In this document: positions 46,901-56,445 of the stretch, piece after piece
Layout: every line of letters starts with the position of its first letter
Numbering within the stretch: the stretch's first letter is position 1
Assembly (NCBI GenBank): GCA_003152075.1
Contig: PLZG01000054.1
Location: forward strand, 21,067 to 85,066
Source of the DNA: a candidate division FCPU426 bacterium
GTDB taxonomy: Bacteria > Oederibacteriota > Muellerivitia > Muellerivitales > Muellerivitaceae
Length of the DNA stretch: 64,000 nucleotides
Reading direction: 5' to 3'
Notes under the pieces: model-generated
Told to the model about the DNA's origin: nothing
The model's database searches: none
What the model saw: the letters and a program-made list of their open reading frames with translations, nothing else
Position numbers and translations under genes: made by a program

Positions 46901-47821
46901 ACATTACCGCCAGGAACCAATACCTATACGCCGGGGGGCACCAGCACCTTTACCTATAGTTACACTCCGACTTTCAGTTACACGCCGACTTATACCTACA
47001 CCCCCACTCTGACGCCGACCCTCACCCCGACTTATACCAACACCCTGCCTCCGGGGACCAATACCTACACCCCTGTTAATACGAACACCATTACTCCCTC
47101 CTACACTTCAACGCCGACCTACACTCGCACCATGACTTATACCCAGACCATTACCTTTAGCCCCACGCCCTCGGTAACGATAACTCCCGCCGTCACCGTT
47201 ATCGCCTCACCGGCCTGCGACCAGGAAGCCGTGAAAATTTTCGACGAGCGAGGGGAACTGGTCAAAACCCTTTGCGGTACCATGACCGCCCCCCAATCCG
47301 TGACCTTCACCTTCACGATGTCCCATTTCACGCCCAGTTCAACGGGGCAGGGCGGGACCCTCACCTTCTATGTAAACGGCCAGGCCATCGCCACTTGGGA
47401 CGCCACGGACAAGAATGGAAATAGGGTGCCAAACAGTTTCTACCACGTTGTTCTTGAACAAAGGGTTTTGGATGGGTCCCTGGCCCGACGGGAAAGGGAC
47501 ATCTTCATTTCAACCACCACCCAAACATCCGCCGTCCAACTTTTGGCTTATCCGAATATCGCCCACACCGGCGGTTCCATCAGCCTATCCGCTGCATTCG
47601 CGGGGAATCCGGCGGATAGCCGGAGCAACATTAAGATTTACGCAGTCAGCGGGGAACTGGTGAAAACAATGGAGTTGAACAGCGGCCAGGCTTCCTGGGA
47701 TTTGACCAACAGCCAGGGCTCGCTTGTTTCTTCCGGCGTGTACCTTATATTCCTGGATGGGGTGGACGTGAATACCGGTAATTCCGCCTCGAAGGTCATC
47801 AAAGTGGTTGTTCTGCGGTAA
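43952..47821 (+). CDS. giant secreted mucin-like protein: DUF11-like domains split by a LamG-like insert, ~730-aa Thr/Pro/Ser/Asn repeat region, two C-terminal FlgD-Ig/CTD-like domains
   Basis: 1289 aa. N-terminus [26 protein letters not shown] (DUF11-like). TPTNSPT-type repeats span about 45000..47200. C-terminal ...[28 protein letters not shown]. Confidence 0.8.
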   Translation: MNSRIYQNPIGFLFRLILVSGLGFVITATTASGQITLTKSVNVSSASPGDAVTYTLSYTNANANSTCPDNFEGDTLGNFPTGWTQSQGTWSVVSDNGPTSAGTQALQGVAAANNYPYLLNNCSTQVGDGYIQTDMKIGAGGTQNGVLLFRFNGTGTVNGSNYQALIGVGNTNNVSEDYWNNTAATFNTVTTGSAVIAANTWFTAKFEVTGSGPVTLKLWINGTLAATGTTAFAIGTGQGGLQSNNSSTVRFDNVSIVKYPPAYNVTVTDTLPAGLAYSSSSGSPAVAGQKVVWTLGNLVGGAAGALTLVGTINNCGVNLINTAEADSGTPQLGVNSNPVTTTVIGCTPTSTNSPTFTLTPTKTATPTPTPTLTSTNSPTLTPTNTPSNSPTSTPTNSYTNTPTVTPTNSATNTSSPTGTNTPTGTPTKTPTNTPSNTPTNTSSNSPTNSPTTTPTNSPTTTPSNTPTNSPTTTPSNTPTNSPTTTPTQSPTTSPTNSPTATPSNSPTNSPTITSTNSPTASPTNSPTVTPSNTPTNTPTLTPTNTSTASPSNTPTGTPTFTPTNTPSYTPTNSPTVTPTTTPSNTPTNSPTATPSSTPTNSTTTTPTHSPTPSPTNTPTSTPSNTPTESPTITPTSTPTNSPTLTPPNTPTPTPTITPSYSPTNSPTITPSNTPTNSATTTPTNSPTASPTHTLTMTPSNTPTESPTTSPTSTPTNTPTLTPPNTSSPTGTSTPSGTPTPTSTNSPSNTPTNTLTHSPTQTPTLSPTNTPSNSPTITPTDTPTTTTSNTHTNTPTNTPISTPTNSPTTTPPSTPTNSSTTTPTNSPTATSTNSQTGTPSNTPTHSPTTTPTNSPTQTSTITATNTPTHSPTTTTSNTHTNTPTNSPTSTPTNSPINTPPLTPTHTSTASPSSTPTASLTSSPTSTSTNSPTLSPSSSPTNTSGTSTFTYTNTSSYTNTPPFTPTPTYTDTPTYSFTATPSPTNTLPPGTNTYTPGGTSTFTYSYTPTFSYTPTYTYTPTLTPTLTPTYTNTLPPGTNTYTPVNTNTITPSYTSTPTYTRTMTYTQTITFSPTPSVTITPAVTVIASPACDQEAVKIFDERGELVKTLCGTMTAPQSVTFTFTMSHFTPSSTGQGGTLTFYVNGQAIATWDATDKNGNRVPNSFYHVVLEQRVLDGSLARRERDIFISTTTQTSAVQLLAYPNIAHTGGSISLSAAFAGNPADSRSNIKIYAVSGELVKTMELNSGQASWDLTNSQGSLVSSGVYLIFLDGVDVNTGNSASKVIKVVVLR

Positions 47822-47919
47822 AAAGGCAGGCAATCCGTAACCATAATTTTCATTGTGTTTCCTTATTTCCGTCAAACCTCCTAAATTCCCCTTGTAATAC
47901 AATGGTTTTAAAGTCTCAT

Positions 47920-47948
47920 GGAATAAAATCCCGGGTTCTCCCACTAAC
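47920..47948 (+). promoter_or_regulatory. putative ECF-type promoter GGAATAAAA-N8-TCTCCCACTAAC upstream of the sigma/anti-sigma operon
   Basis: The same motif with identical spacing is found at 54902..54930. It lies about 30 nt before the ATG at 47980. Confidence 0.45.
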
Positions 47949-47979
47949 AGTTGGAGCTAAATGATAGCCGGGTAAACCG

Positions 47980-48570
47980 ATGGGTCATGGAGGGCCTTTG
48001 GAAGACCGGCAACTGGTTGAAAAACTGTTGGCTGGGGACGCGGAAGCGGAGCGCGTTTTTTTCCATGCCCACCGGGACCGCCTTTACAAGGCCTGCGTCT
48101 ATCTCCTGGGTTACCAGGATCCGGACGCCGAGGATGTGACACAAGAAGCTTTTATCGTGGCCTTACGAAAACTCCCGGAATTTGAGTTCCGTTCCAGCCT
48201 TTTCACATGGCTTTACCGCATTTGCGTCAATCTTTGTTACGAACGAATAGATAAGCGTTGGAGGCTTGTGTCCCATTTGCAAGAGGAACTGGAGGACTTG
48301 GCAGGCCCCCTTTCGGGAGACCGACAGGAAAGGGAAGAAGAAAACGCCCTTAGGAATAAAAAATTGGAATTGTTGGATGGCCAAAAGAAATTGCTGGGTG
48401 CCCCCTGCCGGGACCTGTTGGATTTGAGGGATGTCCAAGGGAAAAGTTACGCCGAGGTTTCAAAATTATTAAAGGTTCCGATGGGAACGGTGATGTCCCG
48501 TTTAGCCCGATGTCGGGAATCCTTGAAGCAACTGGTTATGCAGGCTTTGGAAGGCAAAAAGAATGGCTGA
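47980..48570 (+). CDS. ECF-family sigma factor (paralog of 19058)
   Basis: YQDPDAEDVTQEAFIVALRKLPEF and SYAEVSKLLKVPMGTVMSRLARCRE. Confidence 0.85.
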   Translation: MGHGGPLEDRQLVEKLLAGDAEAERVFFHAHRDRLYKACVYLLGYQDPDAEDVTQEAFIVALRKLPEFEFRSSLFTWLYRICVNLCYERIDKRWRLVSHLQEELEDLAGPLSGDRQEREEENALRNKKLELLDGQKKLLGAPCRDLLDLRDVQGKSYAEVSKLLKVPMGTVMSRLARCRESLKQLVMQALEGKKNG

Positions 48571-49360
48571 TTTAATCGAAAAATTCTTCGAGAAAGACCT
48601 CGCCGAGGCCGAAAGGCAAGCTCTGCGTGAGGAGCTATTATCCAAAGATGGGGCCGCCGAAAAATTCGTGGAAAAAGCCGAGGCTTCCTATAAGGAATTC
48701 GGGTTGCCCGAACCGCGTTGGACAGGGCCGGATGTTTTCAGGCAATCCGCCGAACCGGGGCTTACACAATGGCTTTGGCTCTTTGTGCTCCTCGCTGGTG
48801 CCATTGGGGTTTCAATGTGGTGGTATTTCGCTAAAGGTAATCCAACCAACGAAAACTCGTTATCTTCCTTTGGCTCGGAACAAGCCGCGCCAATTGTTTC
48901 CCTTTCCCCCAAGCCCGTGAAAAAGAAACATGTCCCGGTTGCGAGTCAGCCTATAACTGTGGCTCAAATGCTTCCGGTGACAAAACTCAAAGCAAACGTT
49001 GAAGCGCCTCTAACGATCCAGCCTAGTTTGCCTGTCCAGGTTCAAACCACCTCCACTTTACCTTTGCTCGTCAGTCCCAAGTTTACACCGGTTAACGTGG
49101 ATCAAAATCCCAACAAGCCTTTTTCGAGCTTATCGGTGGTATTGCATCGGTCCACGCCGGGTTTCCTGAACGTACGATTGTTGGATTCGGCGGGGAGGGA
49201 GTTGGTGCCGCTTTATCGGGGTAATCTGCCTCCGGGCACCTGGGCTTTCGAGTGGAACGGTTTGTTAAAAGATGGCCGCTTAGCCCCGCCCGGCAAGTAC
49301 GGGATTGAAGTAAGGGCCGGCTCTTGGGCGCAGGTTAAAGAGGTTTTGATTCCAAAATAA
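48563..49360 (+). CDS. anti-sigma-like membrane protein with C-terminal FlgD-Ig/CTD-like domain (paralog of 19624)
   Basis: MADLIEKFFEKDLAEAERQAL.., TM segment, linker, then NVRLLDSAGRELVPLYRGNLPPGTWAFEWNG..GKYGIEVRAG. ATGgcTGA overlap with the sigma gene. Confidence 0.7.
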   Translation: MADLIEKFFEKDLAEAERQALREELLSKDGAAEKFVEKAEASYKEFGLPEPRWTGPDVFRQSAEPGLTQWLWLFVLLAGAIGVSMWWYFAKGNPTNENSLSSFGSEQAAPIVSLSPKPVKKKHVPVASQPITVAQMLPVTKLKANVEAPLTIQPSLPVQVQTTSTLPLLVSPKFTPVNVDQNPNKPFSSLSVVLHRSTPGFLNVRLLDSAGRELVPLYRGNLPPGTWAFEWNGLLKDGRLAPPGKYGIEVRAGSWAQVKEVLIPK

Positions 49361-49412
49361 TTATTGGAGTGTATTGGGCATTTAACCATTTATATGGCGG
49401 AGGAGAATAGGT

Positions 49413-50696
49413 ATGAAAAAGAAAAATATTTTTATCCGGTTCGCTGGTTGCCTTCTGTTCGCGATATTTTTCCAGGCCTGCAGTAAAAATTTTAGTTTGT
49501 CACCCAACGCCCCATTGGGTGCGCCGGCGGATACTTTTACGCCAACCGGCACCGTGGGAACAATGTTCCTTACTTCCACTGTTCCCACGGCCACCAATAG
49601 TCAAACGCCTGTAATATCGCTCACTTGCACTTTAACGCCGAGCAGCCCGGTTTATTCCCCTACCCCGCAAATCACCTCCACTTCAACAGCCACTTTTACC
49701 ACTACCTCAACACTGACATTTACACCAGTTTCGACTCCCACCTTTACGCCCACTTACGGGCATTACAGCTGGGCCAAGGCGGCCGCTTCTTCCCCTATGG
49801 GAGCCAGGATGTTCGCGGGGAACCTGGTTTATAACGGAAAAATGTGGATTGTTGCCGGCGGAAGCCCTTGTGTAGTGGAAGGTTGGTTTAAGTCCGATGT
49901 CTGGTCCTCAACGGAGGGAGCTTCCTGGACCCGAGCCACTGGCACGGCCGCCTTCGGCGTCCGGGAAGCCGCAGGTTGCGTTGTGTTCAACAACAAAATG
50001 TGGCTTATTGGCGGTGACAATGGATACAGCTGTTTTAATGACGTTTGGTCCTCAACGGACGGCGCCAATTGGACCTCCGTTTTAAGCAACGCGCCCTTTT
50101 CGGCCAGGAGCAGTTTCGGTTGCGTGGTTTTCAACAATAAAATTTGGGTCATCGGCGGGGATCAAGTCGATGGACAAAATCCACAGGCTGATATTTGGTG
50201 TTCCTCGGACGGGGTCAATTGGAACTTGGCGGGGAACCTTCCCGATTCCCGGGGGGAATTTGGCTGTGTGGTTTACAACGGTTCTATTTGGATCATCGCG
50301 GGGCATGACTACGGTTATCTTCTCAACGACGTTTGGTCTTCCGCTGACGGCATCAATTGGAACGAGATCACCGCTGGGGCGCCCTTTGGAGACAGGACCT
50401 GGGCGGCAACGACGGTTTTCAACGGATCCATTTGGGTGGTCGGCGGGGCGAACAGCAACGCCTGGAACTATATCTCCAGCACCTACACCGATGCCTGGTC
50501 CTCTTACGACGGGGTCAACTGGACCCAACCTCCCACCTCGACGCCCTTTTATCCCCGCTTCGGCGCGGAAAGCCTGGTGTATAACAACGAACTTTGGATG
50601 ATCGGGGGGGCGTGGTTCGCCAACCCAAGCCAGGTTTGGAACGGTGTGGGCGTGTCGGGGGCCCTTTACTTGAAAGACATCTGGCATACACAATAA
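49413..50696 (+). CDS. lipoprotein with Thr/Pro linker and 6 Kelch-like beta-propeller repeats
   Basis: Lipobox ..FFQACS. Repeats of DVWSS.DG.NWT......F..R...GCVVFNNK.W.IGGD. Confidence 0.6.
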   Translation: MKKKNIFIRFAGCLLFAIFFQACSKNFSLSPNAPLGAPADTFTPTGTVGTMFLTSTVPTATNSQTPVISLTCTLTPSSPVYSPTPQITSTSTATFTTTSTLTFTPVSTPTFTPTYGHYSWAKAAASSPMGARMFAGNLVYNGKMWIVAGGSPCVVEGWFKSDVWSSTEGASWTRATGTAAFGVREAAGCVVFNNKMWLIGGDNGYSCFNDVWSSTDGANWTSVLSNAPFSARSSFGCVVFNNKIWVIGGDQVDGQNPQADIWCSSDGVNWNLAGNLPDSRGEFGCVVYNGSIWIIAGHDYGYLLNDVWSSADGINWNEITAGAPFGDRTWAATTVFNGSIWVVGGANSNAWNYISSTYTDAWSSYDGVNWTQPPTSTPFYPRFGAESLVYNNELWMIGGAWFANPSQVWNGVGVSGALYLKDIWHTQ

Positions 50697-50746
50697 ATCA
50701 GCCCGGGAATTATTTTGAAGAGCAATGAATTTCAACCAATCTCATC

Positions 50747-53461
50747 GTGGACAAAGGTTTTGACATGAAAAAAATTGAAACTTTTTTCCTCAAAACCCCA
50801 GTTATTGGAACCATTACTCTTATGGGTTTAATTTTTTTGCAGTTGCTTGGTATAGAAATTTTCAAAAATTGGTTTAAGCCCTATCCTATTTTAAAGACGC
50901 AGTTGATTTCTCCCAATTCTGTGGCTGCCATGAAACGGGAATCATCCTACGGCCAACTTCCGCTTTGTTTTGAGCCCAACCAAGGTCAAACCGATCCACA
51001 AGTCAAATTTATTGCCCGAGGCAGTGGCTATAACCTTTTCTTAACTTCCGAAGAGACGGTTCTGGTTTTAAACCAACCGAATAAGGTTTCTTCGGACAAG
51101 TTGAAATTGTTTTGGCATTCCAAGGCCCATTCCATCCAGATGCAACCCCAAAACTCTACTGTTTTGAGAATGAAACTAGTCGGTTCTAATTCCCGCCCGA
51201 CTATGGAAGGTTTGGAAAAACTATCAGGTATCAGCAACTACTTCATCGGAAACGACTCGGCAAAGTGGCGTACTAATGTTCCCCAATACAAGAAGGTGGC
51301 GATGAAGAATGTTTATCCGGGAATCGATATGGTTTATTACGGCAACCAAAGGCATTTGGAATATGACTTCGTGGTAGCCCCGGGGGTAGACACGAAGGTG
51401 ATAAGACTGGCTTGGAATGGGCCTAAAGGGGCCAAAGTTGACACTAAAGGCAATTTGGTTTTTAAAACCAAAAATGGCCAAATTGTGTTCAAGGAACCGA
51501 TAATTTATCAAGTAAAAGACGGGGAACGAAAGATAATCCAGGGTCGATACGCCATGGCAGGGAATCATCAAGTTGGTTTCGAAGTGCGGGATTACGATTC
51601 CTCCCAACCTTTGGTTATTGATCCTCAATTGGACTATTCCACCTATTTGGGCGGGAGCGGAGAAAACTATGGTTTTAAAATTGCAGTGGACACAAATGGT
51701 GATGCGTATGTGACGGGATACACAAACTCCACTAACTTCCCCACGACGACAGGAACCTATCAGAATATTTTTGGTGGAACCTATGATGTCTTTGTGACCA
51801 AGTTGAATTCAATGGGTACGAGTTTAGTGTATTCCACATATTTGGGAGGAAGTAGTGAGGACTATGGCGAGGGTATCGCAGTAGACACAAGTGGTAATGT
51901 TTATATTACCGGGTGGGGCAATTCTACAAATTTTCCAACGACCTCCGGGGCTTATCAAACTACCTATGGTGGGGGGCCTTATACCACATTAATCACGAAA
52001 TTGAATTCAACCGGCACAGGTCTGGTTTATTCCACCTATCTAGGTGGAAGTGGCGAAAACGAAGGACACGATATTACTGTTGATTTATCTGGAAACGCCT
52101 ACATCACGGGCATTGCCTCTACTAATTTTTTAACAACGGTTGGAGCTTATCAAACCACTTATGGGGGCGGACTTTGGGATGCTTTTGTCGTGAAATTAAA
52201 TTCGTCAGGAACTGGCTTGTTTTATTCCACTTATCTGGGTGGAAATAGCGAAGACGAGGCATTTGGAATCGCCGTTGATGTATCTGGATACGCCTATGTG
52301 ACCGGAACTTGCGCCGCCACTTTCCCAACAACAGCTGGGGCTTATCAAACTGTGATAGGTGGATCTTATAACGCGTTTGTTGTGAAATTAAATTTGACAG
52401 GAACTGGCTTGGTTTTTTCCACTTATTTGGGAGGAATTAATCAAGACAATGGTTATGGAATTGCGGTGGACGCCAGTGGAAACGCTTTTGTAACTGGATA
52501 CACCTTTTCCCCGAACTTTCCCACCACCGCAGGTGCCTATCAGACGGTTTTTAGTGGTGTCGAAGATGCCTTTGTGGCCAAGCTGAACTCGACAGGGACC
52601 GGTTTAATCTATTCCACGTTTTTGGGAGGTAGCAGCCCAGGCAATGGTTATGGTATCGCGCTGGACACCAGTGGAAACGCCTATGTGACAGGGCAGACCA
52701 GCTCTACGAATTTTCCGATTACAAGTGGAGCTTATCAAACTACTAATAATGGGGGCATTAAGGCTTTTTTAACTAAATTAAATACAACGGGTTCAGCTTT
52801 GATTTATTCAACCTTCTTTGGTGGGAACGTGACTGATTATGGTAATGGAATCGCGGTTGATTCAACTGGATCCGCTTACATCACTGGATATACTGATTCC
52901 TCCAATTTTCCTACAACAGCTGGCGCTTATCAGACTAATTTGAATGGTTCATATGATGCTTTTGTAGCAAAGTTCGACGCTTCCGACTTTTACACGCCGA
53001 CCACTACTCCAACCAACACTTTAACCCATACCCCGACCAATACTCTAACGCCAACCATTACAAATACATCAACTCCTACAAGTACTTTGACCAATACTCC
53101 AACAATAACTTTCACCCCAACAATAACCCTGACTCCCACTTCTACACCCACCCCCAGCTATTTAGGCCCAAACCCACCAACACCCGGAACCTCCTTTGTT
53201 TATCCCTCGCCGGCCACGGGTGGGACGGTCAACATCGCTTATGACATGCAGGAAAGCGGTACGGTTCAAATTTTAGTTTGGAACGAGAGTGCGGAACTGG
53301 TGGCGGATATGAGTCGAAACCAATGGATCGGGACCCAAAAGATGAGCATTAACATCCAAGGTTGGGCAAGGGGTGTGTATTTTTACAAGGTCGTTTTTCA
53401 CTATGCCTCCGGCAAGGTCGAAAGACTCACCCCCGGTAAATTCCTGATTGGCTGGTGGTAG
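50747..53461 (+). CDS. secreted SBBP (beta-propeller repeat) protein with Thr/Pro linker and C-terminal FlgD-Ig/CTD-like domain
   Basis: At least 10 repeats of YSTYLGGS..D.G.GIAVD.SGNAYVTG.T.S.NFPTT.GAYQ. C-terminal YPSPATGGTVNIAYDM..GTVQILVWNESAELV...GVYFYKVVF...KFLIGWW. Confidence 0.75.
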   Translation: MDKGFDMKKIETFFLKTPVIGTITLMGLIFLQLLGIEIFKNWFKPYPILKTQLISPNSVAAMKRESSYGQLPLCFEPNQGQTDPQVKFIARGSGYNLFLTSEETVLVLNQPNKVSSDKLKLFWHSKAHSIQMQPQNSTVLRMKLVGSNSRPTMEGLEKLSGISNYFIGNDSAKWRTNVPQYKKVAMKNVYPGIDMVYYGNQRHLEYDFVVAPGVDTKVIRLAWNGPKGAKVDTKGNLVFKTKNGQIVFKEPIIYQVKDGERKIIQGRYAMAGNHQVGFEVRDYDSSQPLVIDPQLDYSTYLGGSGENYGFKIAVDTNGDAYVTGYTNSTNFPTTTGTYQNIFGGTYDVFVTKLNSMGTSLVYSTYLGGSSEDYGEGIAVDTSGNVYITGWGNSTNFPTTSGAYQTTYGGGPYTTLITKLNSTGTGLVYSTYLGGSGENEGHDITVDLSGNAYITGIASTNFLTTVGAYQTTYGGGLWDAFVVKLNSSGTGLFYSTYLGGNSEDEAFGIAVDVSGYAYVTGTCAATFPTTAGAYQTVIGGSYNAFVVKLNLTGTGLVFSTYLGGINQDNGYGIAVDASGNAFVTGYTFSPNFPTTAGAYQTVFSGVEDAFVAKLNSTGTGLIYSTFLGGSSPGNGYGIALDTSGNAYVTGQTSSTNFPITSGAYQTTNNGGIKAFLTKLNTTGSALIYSTFFGGNVTDYGNGIAVDSTGSAYITGYTDSSNFPTTAGAYQTNLNGSYDAFVAKFDASDFYTPTTTPTNTLTHTPTNTLTPTITNTSTPTSTLTNTPTITFTPTITLTPTSTPTPSYLGPNPPTPGTSFVYPSPATGGTVNIAYDMQESGTVQILVWNESAELVADMSRNQWIGTQKMSINIQGWARGVYFYKVVFHYASGKVERLTPGKFLIGWW

Positions 53462-53530
53462 GAATAACATCAATTTTAAATTTTGAGTTTTGAATTAACG
53501 GATTAAACCGAGAGGCAAAAGCAAAGAACA

Positions 53531-54835
53531 ATGATGAATCGAAATTCGTCTGAATTTATGGCAATCACAAATTTGTTGGTTCTGACGACGGTTGGCTTGC
53601 TTCACGCCCAACCCTCGTCTTTGTTACAGCCGTTGGATGACACGGGCGGGTCGGCCAGGGCCGCCGCGATGGGGTCCGCTTTTGTGGCGGTGGCGGATGA
53701 TTCCTCGGCATTGTTATGGAATCCGGCGGGATTGGGAAAACTTCAAACGGGCCAACTGGCTCTTCATCACAATTCCTGGTTGGTGGATACCCTTCAAGAA
53801 TCCTTTACCGTTGGTATACCCATGGGAGATGCCGGTGGCATTGGAGTCATGGCGACTTTCCTGGATTACGGTACTTTCCAGGGACGGGATCCCAATGGAG
53901 CGATTACTCCCAATTACAACGCCAACAAATGGGGTTTCATGCTGGGGTGGGGCAAGGAATGGGCCCCTGGGTTTTCCGCTGGTTTGGCATTGCGAGGGGG
54001 TTTTCAATCGGCCTTGGGCAACTCCTACAGTTTGTGGAGCGGCGATGTGGGCTTTTTGTATAGCCCAGACCCCCAATTGCGGTTTGGCGCGGCCCTCGTT
54101 AACTTTGGGGGGAACCAATCCGGGGGATGGGTGGCTTCCGCCATTCGGGCGGGAGTTTCCTATAAACCAGAATGGAAAGGCCCCCATGGTCTTTTGTTTT
54201 CGTTGGATGGCACAGTGGAACCCCAAGGGGTAAATCGCGTGGGGTTGGGAGTCGAATACTCGTTCCAATCTAAATATTTCCTTCGGGCGGGGTACCAGGT
54301 TTACGAACAGAACAACGAAATCCAAGGGCTTCAAGGACTAACTGCCGGGGCTGGTATCCAATGGAATGGTTTTGAGTTGGACTATGCCTTCCTACCTTAC
54401 GGGGATTTGGGAACTTCTCATCGTGTTAGTTTGAGTTATATGTTTCCCTCTTCAAAAGCTAATTCCCAACCTGCCGTGGGTTCTTCAACAGCTTCCCCCA
54501 GCCTGAGTGGCCCTCCGATTACTTTTAAGCCGGAGCCGGGGTCGGGGACTAACAAGAATACTTTGACCCTCCAATTTGACATACCGCCCGATTTTGTCGC
54601 CCAAGGCCAAACCTTAGAAGCCCAGGGGCACCGGGTGGAAGCCATGCGGCTTTATCAAGAAGCCATTATTAAGGACTCTCAAGACTTGATGGCATGGGAG
54701 GCTTTGGGAATGAGCTATTACCAATTGGGACAGAAAGTTTACGCAATTCAGTGTTTTGAGCAGGTTTTGAAACTTCGGCCTGAGGATAAAGCCTTTTCCA
54801 GTTGGTTTGAGAAATATAAGGCATCCACCCCCTGA
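53531..54835 (+). CDS. FadL/PorV-like outer-membrane beta-barrel with C-terminal TPR tail (paralog of 17630)
   Basis: GGSARAAAMGSAFVAVADDSSALLWNPAGL, and C-terminal YYQLGQKVYAIQCFEQVLKLRPED. Confidence 0.65.
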   Translation: MMNRNSSEFMAITNLLVLTTVGLLHAQPSSLLQPLDDTGGSARAAAMGSAFVAVADDSSALLWNPAGLGKLQTGQLALHHNSWLVDTLQESFTVGIPMGDAGGIGVMATFLDYGTFQGRDPNGAITPNYNANKWGFMLGWGKEWAPGFSAGLALRGGFQSALGNSYSLWSGDVGFLYSPDPQLRFGAALVNFGGNQSGGWVASAIRAGVSYKPEWKGPHGLLFSLDGTVEPQGVNRVGLGVEYSFQSKYFLRAGYQVYEQNNEIQGLQGLTAGAGIQWNGFELDYAFLPYGDLGTSHRVSLSYMFPSSKANSQPAVGSSTASPSLSGPPITFKPEPGSGTNKNTLTLQFDIPPDFVAQGQTLEAQGHRVEAMRLYQEAIIKDSQDLMAWEALGMSYYQLGQKVYAIQCFEQVLKLRPEDKAFSSWFEKYKASTP

Positions 54836-54901
54836 GAAAAGTCGGCCTTCTGATCCATTCGCTAACCCCTTAAAACCTTATTTTTAGCCCTCATTTTCAA
54901 G

Positions 54902-54930
54902 GGAATAAAACCGAGCTTTCTCCCACTAAC
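54902..54930 (+). promoter_or_regulatory. putative ECF-type promoter GGAATAAAA-N8-TCTCCCACTAAC upstream of the NHL lipoprotein gene
   Basis: 21 of 29 positions identical to 47920..47948 with identical spacing; about 40 nt before the ATG at 54971. Confidence 0.45.
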
Positions 54931-54970
54931 TCATGAGACTAAAAAACTTTTAAAAATTTAGGGGTCCATT

Positions 54971-56236
54971 ATGAAATTTCGGGGTTTTTCAAGATTCTTT
55001 TTGACGATGACTTTTGCGGGCATGATCATTAATGCTTGTAGTACAGGTTTCACTTTGCCCCCTTTGGCCCCTACGCCCACCGCGACCCCTATTTCATCAA
55101 CACCTTCTTCCACCCCAACGGTTACGGGATTAAGCGCGGCCACGAACACCCCGACTAAAAATCTAACCCTTACACCAACCATAACCCTTACTTTCGCGCC
55201 AACAAATACCGTGACGGCTACCTCCACCAGCACCCCGACTTCAACTTCCTCATGCAACAACGGCGGATTGGTGACGACCTGGGCAGGGTCGGGGGCAACT
55301 GGGTCCGCCAATGGAACTGGAACCGCCGCGTCGTTCAATTTGGTCTATGGAGTCGCGGTCGATGCCTCCGGAAACGTTTATGTCGCGGAAGCGGGTAACG
55401 AGGATATCCGCAAAATTAATCCCGGGGCAGTAGTGACGACGCTGGCCGGGTCAGCTGGGGTTACGGGGTCCGCCAATGGAACCGGAACAGCCGCGTCGTT
55501 TAATGGCCCGTCCGCCGTCGCGGTCGATGCCTTTGGGAACGTTTACGTCGCGGATGTATGGAACGAACTCATCCGCAAAATCACACCGGGGGGATTGGTG
55601 TCGACGCTGGCGGGGTCGGGGGCCATCGGGTCCGCCAATGGAACCGGAAACGCCGCGTCGTTCTATTATCCCCTCGGAGTCGCGGTCGATGCCTCCGGGA
55701 ACGTTTACGTGGGGGATGCCGCCAACAACTTGGTCCGTAAAATTACCCCCGGGGGAGTGGTGACGACCCTGGCGGGGTCAGGGGCGATTGGGTCGGCGAA
55801 CGGTAACGGCACTTCCGCGTCCTTCTACGGACCCGCAGGAGTCGCGGTCGACTCATCGGGAAATGTTTATGTCGCGGACCGCAACAACAACATGATCCGT
55901 AAAATTACTCCCGGCGGGGTAGTCACCACCTTCGCGGGGTCAACCTCCTCAGGGTCGTCCGACGGGACGGGAACCGCCGCGTCGTTCAGTAATCCTCATG
56001 ATGTTGCTGTCGATTCATCGGGGAATGTTTACGTCGCGGATACTTACAACAACCTGATTCGTAAAATTACCCCTGGGGGAGTGGTGACGACCTTGGCGGG
56101 AGGAGGGGTTTGTTGTTACACCGACGGAACCGGAACTGCCGCGTCGTTCAGTTTGCCCTATTCGGTCGCGGTTGATTCCTTCTGTAGTGTCTACGTTGCG
56201 GATACGGGTAACCACGTTATTCGGAAAATTCAATGA
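54971..56236 (+). CDS. lipoprotein with Thr/Pro linker and 6 NHL repeats
   Basis: Lipobox ..IINACS. Repeats of GSANGTGTAASF..P.GVAVD.SGNVYVAD..NN.IRKITPGGVVTTLAG. Confidence 0.7.
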   Translation: MKFRGFSRFFLTMTFAGMIINACSTGFTLPPLAPTPTATPISSTPSSTPTVTGLSAATNTPTKNLTLTPTITLTFAPTNTVTATSTSTPTSTSSCNNGGLVTTWAGSGATGSANGTGTAASFNLVYGVAVDASGNVYVAEAGNEDIRKINPGAVVTTLAGSAGVTGSANGTGTAASFNGPSAVAVDAFGNVYVADVWNELIRKITPGGLVSTLAGSGAIGSANGTGNAASFYYPLGVAVDASGNVYVGDAANNLVRKITPGGVVTTLAGSGAIGSANGNGTSASFYGPAGVAVDSSGNVYVADRNNNMIRKITPGGVVTTFAGSTSSGSSDGTGTAASFSNPHDVAVDSSGNVYVADTYNNLIRKITPGGVVTTLAGGGVCCYTDGTGTAASFSLPYSVAVDSFCSVYVADTGNHVIRKIQ

Positions 56237-56445
56237 TAGGGTGAATCATACATTGTTTCGAGCAGCTCAAAAAACCTCAATCTGATGATAAAAGTCTTTG
56301 AGGATTAGCTGAAAAGTAAAGGGCCACAAAATAGTTGGGCCCAACCCAAAGATTATCAAAATGATTGTTCGGCGATAATCTTTGGGCTTTTGGCAACAAA
56401 TAAGCCTTTCTTCCTCTTCTTGCTTTCCATTACCATGCTCTCGCT

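Noticed and set aside
45000-47200. Periodic short repeats that could superficially resemble a CRISPR array
   Set aside because: The repeats are degenerate, 21-nt-phased, in-frame and encode TPTNSPT units. There are no fixed-length direct repeats with unique spacers.
53592-54334. 213-aa plus-strand and 206-aa minus-strand ORFs within the second PorV-like gene
   Set aside because: The PorV-like frame carries the conserved hatch motif and TPR tail shared with its paralog; the alternative frames carry nothing recognisable.
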